Of a DNA stretch of 64,000 nucleotides, positions 30,407-39,132 are shown piece after piece. The notes under the pieces are model-generated. The model was not told where the DNA came from. It saw only the letters and a program-made list of their open reading frames with translations, and searched no databases. The position numbers were made by a program, and so were the translations under genes. The DNA is from an uncultured Rhodospirillaceae bacterium (GTDB taxonomy: Bacteria; Pseudomonadota; Alphaproteobacteria; MPNO01; UBA830). Within the stretch, counting starts at the first letter, position 1. Each line of letters starts with the position of its first letter. Where the stretch lies: contig CAYPNT010000002.1 in NCBI GenBank assembly GCA_964412235.1, forward strand, positions 33,051 to 97,050, in the 5' to 3' direction.

Positions 30407-31102
30407 CTAATCCTCTCCGCGGACAAACCTAAGCACGGTCGGCAAAATACGGTTCACTATAACCTGAATTCCTTTGGCATTAGGATGTATACCATCCCTA
30501 AGGTTTAAACTAGGTACCGCGGCAACGCCGGAAAGAAAAAACGGATATAATTCAAGATCAAACTCACTTGCGAGTTGATGGTAGATTTGATGAAATTCTT
30601 TACCGTAGTTTTTTCCAAGATTTGGGCTCGCGTACATCCCCGCAAGAAGCACCTGTACTTTTTGGCGCCGCAACTTCTTAATTGTTTGAGTGAGGTTTTC
30701 TTTTGCGACGCTGGGAGGCACACCCCGCAACATATCATTGGCTCCAAGCTGGAGAATAACATGAGTGGGTTTGCTCTGGAGAACCCACTCGACGCGCGCG
30801 AGGCCGCCAGCGGTCGTATCACCCGAAACACCAGCATTAATAACGTCTATTTCAACTCCCAATTTGTGAAGTGCCAATTTCAGACGGGATGGGAATGTTT
30901 GATCCGCGTACAATCCGTAACCTGCCGTGAGGCTATCGCCGAGCACCAAGAGCCGAGATTTCCCAAAAGCAGAGGAAGACACCACTAAAACAAGGACTAT
31001 AAAAGAACCTGAAATCCAAAGTTTGAAAAACTCGACAGCCGGGTTATACGGATGATGATGGTGTTTCAAGTTAAAGACCGGAAAGCGATTGTGGCAAGCC
31101 AA
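30407..31102 (-). CDS. tesA: SGNH/GDSL arylesterase-thioesterase (TesA-like); start uncertain
   Basis: Blocks 'VLGDSLTAGYG', 'GANDMLRG', 'DGIHPN'. The 5' end overlaps the divergent ybbA-like ORF. Confidence 0.8.
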   Translation of the reverse strand: MACHNRFPVFNLKHHHHPYNPAVEFFKLWISGSFIVLVLVVSSSAFGKSRLLVLGDSLTAGYGLYADQTFPSRLKLALHKLGVEIDVINAGVSGDTTAGGLARVEWVLQSKPTHVILQLGANDMLRGVPPSVAKENLTQTIKKLRRQKVQVLLAGMYASPNLGKNYGKEFHQIYHQLASEFDLELYPFFLSGVAAVPSLNLRDGIHPNAKGIQVIVNRILPTVLRFVRGED

Positions 31103-31795
31103 AAAAACATAGAAAATCCTATTATATCACTAAAAGATATCACCCTTAAGCTGCACAGCGAGGCCGGTCCGGTCAACGTTCTTAATGGAATAAATCTCGA
31201 AGTTTCGGCTGGCACCACCGTCAGCATTATGGGTCCGTCCGGCTCGGGAAAAACCTCATTGATGATGTTAATAGGCGGCCTAGATCGACCCACTTCGGGG
31301 TCAGTAATGATCGCCAACACTCCATTAGGCGGTTTAAACGAAGACCAACTCGCTCAATTCCGCAGAGATACAATGGGTATCGTTTTTCAAAATTATCATT
31401 TGATTTCAACGATGAATGCTATGGAAAACGTTGCAATTCCAGTGGAGTTGGCGGGGATACCAGACCCCTTTGACAGAGCACACGAAGCACTAAAATCGGT
31501 AGGCTTAGAAAAACGTACTAAACATTATCCTGGACAACTTTCGGGAGGAGAACAACAACGCGTCGCACTCGCACGGGCAATTGCTAACAAGCCCAAAATC
31601 ATTCTTGCCGACGAACCGACTGGAAATCTGGATGTAAATACTGGTGAGATGGTTATAGAACTTTTGTTTGCTCTTAGAGCAGATCATGATGCGACGTTGC
31701 TATTAATTACGCACAACGAGGCGCTTGCGCAACGATGTGACAGAAAAATCATTTTAACAAACGGCCGCATTTCCAGGGAAGAAAATCACTCATGA
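31052..31795 (+). CDS. ybbA: ABC transporter ATP-binding protein (YbbA/LolD family); start uncertain (GTG 31091 possible)
   Basis: 'GPSGSGKTS', 'LSGGEQQRVALARA', 'ILADEPTGNLD'. Confidence 0.85.
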   Translation: MMMVFQVKDRKAIVASQKNIENPIISLKDITLKLHSEAGPVNVLNGINLEVSAGTTVSIMGPSGSGKTSLMMLIGGLDRPTSGSVMIANTPLGGLNEDQLAQFRRDTMGIVFQNYHLISTMNAMENVAIPVELAGIPDPFDRAHEALKSVGLEKRTKHYPGQLSGGEQQRVALARAIANKPKIILADEPTGNLDVNTGEMVIELLFALRADHDATLLLITHNEALAQRCDRKIILTNGRISREENHS

Positions 31796-34311
31796 TTAAC
31801 GCCTTGCGGATTTCGCAACGGGAATTACGTGGCGGGGTTCGAGGGTTTCGTGTCTTCATAGCGTGCCTGGCCCTTGGTGTTGCCGTAATTGCCGGTGTTG
31901 GATCCGTTTCTTCATCTCTGATCGCGGGGCTAGAAGAGGATGGTGCCCTTTTATTAGGCGGAGATATAGCTCTCCGTACTACTCATAGGGACATTTCGAA
32001 AGAGCAACTCCGTTGGTTGCGTGAAAACGGTAGGGTATCACGCGTGGTGTACTTGCGTTCTATGGCACGGGGCATACAAAACCCTAAAAGGGCATTAGTA
32101 GAATTAAAATTAGTCGATAATGCATACCCCTTGTATGGAACCCTAAAGGTAAATCATAGAAAAACGCCGGACAGTCTCTTTTCTAAAGTAAATGGCATTT
32201 GGGGAATTGTATGTGATCCAGCGCTATTGGTTCGTCTTGGTATAAAAGTAGGGGACACGATTAACATTGGAAAAGCTCGTTACGAAATTCGGGGAACAAT
32301 TAATCAAGAGCCAGACCGAATTTCCGGGCGCACGGGCTTACAAATAGGACCACGGTTAATAGGTTCCGCCAATTCAATCGAGGACACTGCCTTAGTTCGA
32401 CGGGGAAGCCTCGTCTGGTATTTCTACAGGGTCCGAATAGACAAAAACAAATCTGTGTCGACCTGGACGAGCAAACTGAACAAAGCGTTTCCTGATGCAG
32501 AGTGGCACCTTCAAGATCGCCGCAATGCTTCTCCGACCATAAAACAATTCATTGACCGTACTACTCTATTCATGACCTTAGTGGGATTGACTGCACTGCT
32601 AATCGGCGGCATTGGCATAAGTAACGCAGTCAGAAACTTTCTTCTCGGTAAAATCCAAACCATCGCTACTCTAAAATGCATTGGTGCGCGAGTTGATACT
32701 GTTTTTTCTGCCTACTTAATTCAAGTGATGGTGATGGCAGTAATAGGCATTATCATCGGGCTGTTGTTAGGGGCATTTATTCCACTCGCAGCGGCCCGCC
32801 TTATTGATGGTCTGGTGCCGGTTGTCGCTCGGTTTAACATATACTGGGAGCCCTTGGCGCTTGCATCTGCGTTTGGAATATTAACGGCGCTTGGTTTTTG
32901 TATATGGCCCATTGCAAAAGCTTGCGATTTGCCCGCCAGCGTGCTTTTCCGCCACACTGGCTCGGGTATTAAAGGAATACCTCGTTGGCGTTTTGTCTTT
33001 ATGACTTTCATCCTCTTAGTTATCCTAATTTTGATTGCTATCGAAAGCGCCAATTCGAAGCCAATAGCGATGTGGTTTATCAGCGGTGCCGCCTCAGCGA
33101 TAATCCTGTTTTCAGGAACCGGTGGCTTAATTAAGAAAACTGCAAAATTGGGGGCCAGAACAGGCGGCTTTGGTGTGCGCCTGGCACTCGCGAACCTGCA
33201 CCGACCGGGCTCACAAACAGGTAACATTATTTTGTCATTAGGCCTCGGGCTAACTGTCCTTGTGGCGCTAGCCCTGATTGAAAAAAATTTAAGCAATCAA
33301 ATCAATGAAGAGATGCCAAAAACTGCTCCGGGATATTTTTTCATCGACATTCAAAATACTCAAATTGAGAAATTCCAAGATACCATCCAGGACATCAGCG
33401 GCGTTCGCGAAATGCGTACTACGCCGATGCTGCGTGGTCGAATAACCCGGATAAAAGGAAACCCAGTTAAAGTCCTGGACTACCCGGAAAACAGTCGTTG
33501 GTTATTGCGTGGAGATCGGGGAATGACTTGGGCTGCATCAATGCCAAAGGGAGAAAAACTCATCGCAGGCAAGTGGTGGGCGGGTAATCATAGCGGTCCC
33601 CCTTTGGTATCGCTTGCCGCGAATGCCGCGGAAGCATTGAATTTAAGCCTAGGCGATACCATAACCACCAATATACTTGGGCGTAATATTACAGCCACTA
33701 TCGCCAGCCTTAGGGACGTTCAATGGCGCAGCCTTCGGATGAACTTCATTTTTATTTATTCTCCGGGCCTGCTGGAAAATGCCCCACAGACACACTTAGC
33801 TACTGTTCACGCAGACCCCGCCCGGGAATTGGTTATAGAGGAGATTGTCGGCGATAAATTCCCAAATGTTACAGCTATTCGTGTGCAGGACGTTTTAGAG
33901 ACTGTTAATGAATTTGTAAGTAGTCTGGGTTTAGCTATCAGACTGACCGCTGGAGTTGCCATCGTCGCGGGCACACTCGTTCTGGCTGGGGCAATTATGA
34001 GTGGGCACCGCCGGCGTGTATATGATTCGGTCGTCCTCAAGGTTCTCGGTGCCACCCGAAAGAAGATAATTGCGACACTGCTACTCGAGTACGTTTTGCT
34101 TGGCCTGATCACGGCAGTAATAGCATCTGTTTTCGGATCAATCGCGGCCTGGGGGGTTACCTCCCAAGTAATGCAATTAGAATTCTCTTTTGACCTCCGC
34201 ACAGTGGCCACGACAAGCGTCATTGCTGTTTTGTTATCCGTGATTTTTAGCCTATATGGAATTTGGCGTGCCTTGGGTCAAAAGCCGGCTCCTGTCCTTA
34301 GAAATGACTAG
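31792..34311 (+). CDS. ybbP: FtsX-like ABC transporter permease (YbbP-like, duplicated FtsX domains)
   Basis: 839 aa, about 10 TM segments. ATGA overlap with the ATPase gene. Confidence 0.85.
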   Translation: MINALRISQRELRGGVRGFRVFIACLALGVAVIAGVGSVSSSLIAGLEEDGALLLGGDIALRTTHRDISKEQLRWLRENGRVSRVVYLRSMARGIQNPKRALVELKLVDNAYPLYGTLKVNHRKTPDSLFSKVNGIWGIVCDPALLVRLGIKVGDTINIGKARYEIRGTINQEPDRISGRTGLQIGPRLIGSANSIEDTALVRRGSLVWYFYRVRIDKNKSVSTWTSKLNKAFPDAEWHLQDRRNASPTIKQFIDRTTLFMTLVGLTALLIGGIGISNAVRNFLLGKIQTIATLKCIGARVDTVFSAYLIQVMVMAVIGIIIGLLLGAFIPLAAARLIDGLVPVVARFNIYWEPLALASAFGILTALGFCIWPIAKACDLPASVLFRHTGSGIKGIPRWRFVFMTFILLVILILIAIESANSKPIAMWFISGAASAIILFSGTGGLIKKTAKLGARTGGFGVRLALANLHRPGSQTGNIILSLGLGLTVLVALALIEKNLSNQINEEMPKTAPGYFFIDIQNTQIEKFQDTIQDISGVREMRTTPMLRGRITRIKGNPVKVLDYPENSRWLLRGDRGMTWAASMPKGEKLIAGKWWAGNHSGPPLVSLAANAAEALNLSLGDTITTNILGRNITATIASLRDVQWRSLRMNFIFIYSPGLLENAPQTHLATVHADPARELVIEEIVGDKFPNVTAIRVQDVLETVNEFVSSLGLAIRLTAGVAIVAGTLVLAGAIMSGHRRRVYDSVVLKVLGATRKKIIATLLLEYVLLGLITAVIASVFGSIAAWGVTSQVMQLEFSFDLRTVATTSVIAVLLSVIFSLYGIWRALGQKPAPVLRND

Positions 34312-34432
34312 GAAATACGCAGCAAATTAAATTTTCCTAATAAACAACCTTTGCTATGAGCCAGTGGTTGATTCTGCCTCTGAAAAGTCCCATATTCCGA
34401 CTAATAGAGAACTTGGAAAGCAGGTATCGTAA

Positions 34433-35188
34433 ATGGCTATTGGAACCGAGAAACAGGTATTTACTGGCGCGCGTGTAGACCAGGCGGCCTATGACATGGG
34501 TCTTCGTGCACATATGCTGCGCGTGTATAACTATATGGCGTCAGGCTTGGCGCTTACTGGTATTTTTGCGGTGGTTATTGCCCAAATGTCGGTGATTACC
34601 AATGACGCAGGCCAAATCGTTGGCTTGACCAGCCTAGGTCAAAGCCTATTCGGCTCGGCGCTGAAGTGGGTGGTGATGCTCCTCCCCATTGGCCTAGTGT
34701 TCTTCTTTAGTGCGAGATTGCACGCGCTTAAACAATCAACCGCACAAATGGTTTTCTGGGTATTTGCGGCACTTATGGGTGTTTCCCTGGCCACTGTGTT
34801 CATGGTTTTTACCGGCGCGAGTATTGCACGGGTATTTTTCATTACTGCGGGCACATTCGCAGGAATGAGTCTTTGGGGATACACAACAAACAAAGACCTA
34901 TCGGGCATGGGATCGTTCCTTTTTATGGGCCTGATTGGTATCATTATCGCATCCATCGTTAATATATTTATCGGCAGTTCAGCTCTGCACTTCGCTATTT
35001 CAGTAATTGGAGTGCTCGTATTTGTGGGACTTACAGCCTATGACACTCAGAAAATCAAAAACGAATACGCGGAGCATTTCGACAGTGAAACAAAGGGAAA
35101 ACTCGCTATTTCCGGCGCGCTTCGGCTTTATCTGGACTTCATAAACCTTTTCATCATGTTGTTGCATTTGTTCGGCGCCAGACGCTGA
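34433..35188 (+). CDS. BAX inhibitor-1 / YccA family membrane protein
   Basis: Seven-TM protein, 'YDTQKIK' motif near the C-terminus. Confidence 0.85.
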   Translation: MAIGTEKQVFTGARVDQAAYDMGLRAHMLRVYNYMASGLALTGIFAVVIAQMSVITNDAGQIVGLTSLGQSLFGSALKWVVMLLPIGLVFFFSARLHALKQSTAQMVFWVFAALMGVSLATVFMVFTGASIARVFFITAGTFAGMSLWGYTTNKDLSGMGSFLFMGLIGIIIASIVNIFIGSSALHFAISVIGVLVFVGLTAYDTQKIKNEYAEHFDSETKGKLAISGALRLYLDFINLFIMLLHLFGARR

Positions 35189-35210
35189 GCTGCTCGGCAA
35201 AACAATATGA

Positions 35211-35240
35211 GACCGGGCCCCACGTGGGCCCGGTTTTTTT
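35211..35240 (+). terminator. Rho-independent terminator
   Basis: ACCGGGCCC-cacgt-GGGCCCGGT followed by TTTTTTT. Confidence 0.8.
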
Positions 35241-35244
35241 ATAC

Positions 35245-36294
35245 TTATTCGGCTGCTTGCGCCGTCGGCGGATCGCTTTCCGCTTTAATCATCGCATTCA
35301 GTGTACGAATAGCCTGCAGTCCGCCGCCATCATGGTTAATATCCACGCGCGCAGGCGTAGTACCAGAATCCAAGTTTTCTTGCTGCAGACCGATGATTTC
35401 TAAATCTTCCAGAAACGCCTCATGAACATTAGCCACTAGTAAATCCGTAACCCAAGCTTCGTCGATACGAAAGTCGTGAGCCTGAGCCCAAAAATAGTGG
35501 GTCGTTTTATCTGTTTCCGGTGTAATGGCATTCAGGTTCCGCATAGTAAAACCTTGAGATCGGTCTCCATCAATAGCACCCGTACCGGCCTTTGCCGCAC
35601 CCACGTCGAGCCGTACGAACGCGGGTGGTGTCCATGTTATATGCTGCCAACGATCGACGTGATCATCAGGTGAAAAGCCGCCCGCCTTTTCAAAAAATGG
35701 TGGGGGCTTCGAATCCATCACCCATCGCGTCACGGTTACGTGCCTGTCACTACGATCAAACTTCATTGGGGTTTCGGCTACTGCGTCCGTACCAAGAGTT
35801 GTGGGATGTACAAACGACAGGTGCGACAAATCAAGAAGATTTTCAACCAGCAGACGATAGTCCGCTTTCAAGTGCATCAACTCGCCTTTCGCACGCCACT
35901 CCGGATGATCCATCCAGCCGAAATCTTCTATATCTTCGGGATTGGCAAGCGCCGGATCCCCCATCCACACCCATATCCATTGGTATCGCTCGACAGTTGG
36001 ATAAGAACGTACGTAACAATCAGGCGGTACGGCCGATTGACCCGGTATACGAACGCATTCCCCATCTGCATTATATTCGAGCCCATGATACGGACATTGT
36101 ATTCTGTCGCCCACAAGCTTGCCTTCAGATAACGGAGCATGCCGGTGAGCACACTTGTCAGAAAGCGCGACGGGAGACCCGTCTTCGAGGCGGTAAAATA
36201 CCACAGGTTCACTCAGAAGCGTTCGTCTTAAAAGATTTTGACGACCAACTTCCGTCCCCCAGGCTCCAACATACCAAGCATTTTTAAGAAACAT
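35245..36294 (-). CDS. Rieske [2Fe-2S] non-heme iron oxygenase alpha subunit, VanA/phthalate-type, copy 1
   Basis: Rieske 'CAHRHAPLSEGKLVGDRIQCPYHG'. Mononuclear Fe site 'NLLDLSHLSFVH'. Confidence 0.85.
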   Translation of the reverse strand: MFLKNAWYVGAWGTEVGRQNLLRRTLLSEPVVFYRLEDGSPVALSDKCAHRHAPLSEGKLVGDRIQCPYHGLEYNADGECVRIPGQSAVPPDCYVRSYPTVERYQWIWVWMGDPALANPEDIEDFGWMDHPEWRAKGELMHLKADYRLLVENLLDLSHLSFVHPTTLGTDAVAETPMKFDRSDRHVTVTRWVMDSKPPPFFEKAGGFSPDDHVDRWQHITWTPPAFVRLDVGAAKAGTGAIDGDRSQGFTMRNLNAITPETDKTTHYFWAQAHDFRIDEAWVTDLLVANVHEAFLEDLEIIGLQQENLDSGTTPARVDINHDGGGLQAIRTLNAMIKAESDPPTAQAAE

Positions 36295-36340
36295 TAAATC
36301 CTCCCACTTCGGTCAACACCTATTTCCGTATATTACACAT

Positions 36341-37381
36341 CTATTGGACAGCAATTGTTTTTTCCGTCGCGATTTTCTCGGAGACTAGATTTCTCGCCGC
36401 TATCCCCGGAGCGTCAACATTAAGATCGATAAGTTTGCGGGTTGCGTCACGCTGTATGGAGGCGTGCTGCGCCTCAAGAATTTCAAAATCTTCCATAAAG
36501 GTCATCAAAAAATCGTCATACATTTGTTGTTTCCACTCCACATCATCGACCCGAAAGTCCCATACATGAGAGTAAAAATAAAATGTTGAATGTTTTGTCT
36601 CCGGTGTCGGTGCGTTTAGTGCTCGCAAACGGATACCGTTTGCATATTCTTCGGGCCCACCAAAATCACCAGCACCAACTGGCCCGCATCCAGCGTAAAC
36701 AACCGTATGTCCCGGGGGTTCGGTCTCTACGATTTGCCAACGATCGACATTATCCTTGCTTTTCATCCCGGCACGGTACAGCGGCGGTGGTGGACGGTCC
36801 TGGATCCAACGAGACATGCGAATTTTATTGTTTAGACGTTCCGTTCGGACGGGAAAATCAACGATGGCGCTGTTTCCGATCGTCTTGGTATGGACGAAGC
36901 CGAGGTGTGACAAATCTAATAAATTGTCGGTAATCAATTCGTAGTGACATTTGATATGCAGAAAGGCCCCGGTATTGTACGCCCAGTTTGGGTCCTCTAC
37001 CCACCACCAATCGGGTATCAACGCTTGATCTGCCTGGTCAGGGTCCCCAAGCCAAATCCAAAAAAAACCGTGTCTTTGAACGAAAGGGTAAGACATAACC
37101 CTCGCTCCAGGTGGAACCCTCGACTGACCTGGCACTCTCACACAGGTGCCGGCAGAATCAAATTCCAACCCATGATACCCACACTGCAAATTATCTCCAA
37201 CAACCTGACCTAATGACAGTGGCAGATGGCGATGAGAACAACGATCTTCAAGAGCGATTGCTTTACCCGAGGCGTCCTTAAACATAACGACGGGCTCATT
37301 TAACAGTGTACGCCCTAATGGGCCGCCATCCTCGAGTTCTCGGTCATAGGCCGCCACATACCAGCAGTTCTTCATAAACAT
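36341..37381 (-). CDS. Rieske [2Fe-2S] non-heme iron oxygenase alpha subunit, VanA/phthalate-type, copy 2
   Basis: Rieske 'CSHRHLPLSLGQVVGDNLQCGYHG'. 'NLLDLSHLGFVH'. Confidence 0.85.
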   Translation of the reverse strand: MFMKNCWYVAAYDRELEDGGPLGRTLLNEPVVMFKDASGKAIALEDRCSHRHLPLSLGQVVGDNLQCGYHGLEFDSAGTCVRVPGQSRVPPGARVMSYPFVQRHGFFWIWLGDPDQADQALIPDWWWVEDPNWAYNTGAFLHIKCHYELITDNLLDLSHLGFVHTKTIGNSAIVDFPVRTERLNNKIRMSRWIQDRPPPPLYRAGMKSKDNVDRWQIVETEPPGHTVVYAGCGPVGAGDFGGPEEYANGIRLRALNAPTPETKHSTFYFYSHVWDFRVDDVEWKQQMYDDFLMTFMEDFEILEAQHASIQRDATRKLIDLNVDAPGIAARNLVSEKIATEKTIAVQ

Positions 37382-37513
37382 TTTATAAGTCTAACCACAC
37401 TGTCAAAAAAAAAGAAGCGGCTAGATTTAATCGGAGCGACCCTTAAAATTGAGTTTGATACAAGTTTTCTGGCCAATCACTGGCCCACAACTCCAACAGG
37501 GGGATGAAACCTT

Positions 37514-38233
37514 ATGGCTAACTACGGAGATCGAGCACGAATTGGAATGTTATTGCCATCAGTAAATCGTGCCGCTGAACCTCAAATTACAGAAATGCTA
37601 CCCGAGGGTGTGTCGCTTCACACCACCCGCCTGCGTCTTCGTTCTAGCGAAGAAAAACATATCCATGAGATGGTTGAGGATGTAGAGCGCGGTGCCGTAA
37701 TGTTAGCCGACGCAGATGTCGATTTGATCGTATTTCATTGTACCGCGGTATCGATGTTTGCGCCTGGGTTTGATGACAAAATAATTGAAAGGATAGAGAC
37801 TGCTACCGAAAAGACAGCAACCTCCACGTCAAAAGCCTGTATAGAAGCGTTTGAAACGTTTGCGGCAAAACAAATAACGCTGACCACGCCCTATATCACG
37901 AAAACAAATGAACGGGAGGTAGCCTTTCTCCGGTCGCACGGAGTTGACGTGTTGTCAGAAACCGGTATGGGCATCAGTGGCGATGGGGGAGCCATGCTGG
38001 CAGTGGAACCCGAAGAATGGCGGCGACGGGTAAATAAGCAAGACGAGCCAGCATCGGAGGCCGCTTTTATAAGCTGCACCGCAATTCGTGCAGTTGAAGC
38101 GATTGAACCCATTGAAAGCGATATTGACAAACCGGTAGTGACTTCTAATCAGGCCATGGTTTGGCATGCGCTTCGCAAACTGAATGTCGATGATAGACCC
38201 CAGGGATACGGTCGCCTAATGTCAGCGGGCTAG
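37514..38233 (+). CDS. Asp/Glu/hydantoin racemase-fold protein, maleate cis-trans isomerase-like
   Basis: 239 aa with both catalytic-type cysteines ('VFHCTAVS' Cys76, 'FISCTAIR' Cys188). Confidence 0.65.
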   Translation: MANYGDRARIGMLLPSVNRAAEPQITEMLPEGVSLHTTRLRLRSSEEKHIHEMVEDVERGAVMLADADVDLIVFHCTAVSMFAPGFDDKIIERIETATEKTATSTSKACIEAFETFAAKQITLTTPYITKTNEREVAFLRSHGVDVLSETGMGISGDGGAMLAVEPEEWRRRVNKQDEPASEAAFISCTAIRAVEAIEPIESDIDKPVVTSNQAMVWHALRKLNVDDRPQGYGRLMSAG

Positions 38234-38301
38234 AGAAAACCAACTCGAATTGCCGGGACCTCGAAAATCACCCCAACAAATGGTTTTGTGTTGGCAAACG
38301 T

Positions 38302-39081
38302 TCACTCTTTAAAATCAGGGTAGAGGCGCTCTGCAAGACGAAGACAGGCAGGCCAGTCTTTTCCTCCGATCAAGGTCTCACCAGCTTCCGTAACTTGAGA
38401 AGCCGCAAATTCACAGTCCTCTTCTGACGGAAAATGGAGATTCTCAAATCCTGCTGTTAAGGCCGCAATTTGGCCACGACACGCGAACTCCAGGAAGTGA
38501 TGGGTAACAAACGCTTCAGAAACGGTGTCTCCGAGAACCAACGAGCCATGATTGCGCAATAGCGCCGTTCGGTATCCCTCAATATCCTTCAACAGCGGGT
38601 CCCGCATGAACAGATTGAATTCAAACCCTTTGAAATCATGGTATGCGAGACGGTTGTGAAATCGCATCGCGTGTTGGTTTATAGTGAGAAGACCCCACTT
38701 TTGGGCCGATACGCCCATATTCGCTTCTGTATGAGTGTGAAATACCACGTTAACATCAGAACGGTGCTGCAATATCCCGGCGTGAATTATTAAGCCCCCA
38801 CCCCGAAGCGGCGGAGCGCCGGGGGTTTGCGAATTTCCGTCGTAGTCGTATTTCAACAAGTTGGAAGCGGTCACTTCCTCAAACATAATGTCGTTTGGTT
38901 TTATCAATATGTGCTCCTCTTCACCGGGAACACGCATGGATAAATGATTGTATGTAAGATCACTGACGTAATGATGAGCAATCAGTCTGTAGGCACACGC
39001 CAGGTCAACCCTGGCGGCCCACTCCTCCTGAGTTACTTGTTCCCGAACAAAGTCATTCTCTTTTATTGCTGCAGCGGTCAT
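38302..39081 (-). CDS. Class II aldolase/adducin family protein
   Basis: 259 aa, metal-binding His cluster 'VVFHTHTE'. Confidence 0.7.
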   Translation of the reverse strand: MTAAAIKENDFVREQVTQEEWAARVDLACAYRLIAHHYVSDLTYNHLSMRVPGEEEHILIKPNDIMFEEVTASNLLKYDYDGNSQTPGAPPLRGGGLIIHAGILQHRSDVNVVFHTHTEANMGVSAQKWGLLTINQHAMRFHNRLAYHDFKGFEFNLFMRDPLLKDIEGYRTALLRNHGSLVLGDTVSEAFVTHHFLEFACRGQIAALTAGFENLHFPSEEDCEFAASQVTEAGETLIGGKDWPACLRLAERLYPDFKE

Positions 39082-39132
39082 TAGATTTTCCTTAATGGGA
39101 GAGCCAAAGTAGTTCCAGGTCGCATCAGCAGA

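Noticed and set aside
32721-33296. 191-aa antisense ORF within the ybbP-like permease; similar cases at 5748-6311 (in ccmC) and 50499-51041 (spanning hydrolase/LLM)
   Set aside because: All lie opposite confidently called genes and lack any motif. Treated as non-coding frames.
35592-36287. 231-aa plus-strand ORF (and 35740-36132) overlapping the first Rieske oxygenase gene
   Set aside because: Antisense shadow of a gene with intact Rieske and Fe motifs. No recognisable motifs.
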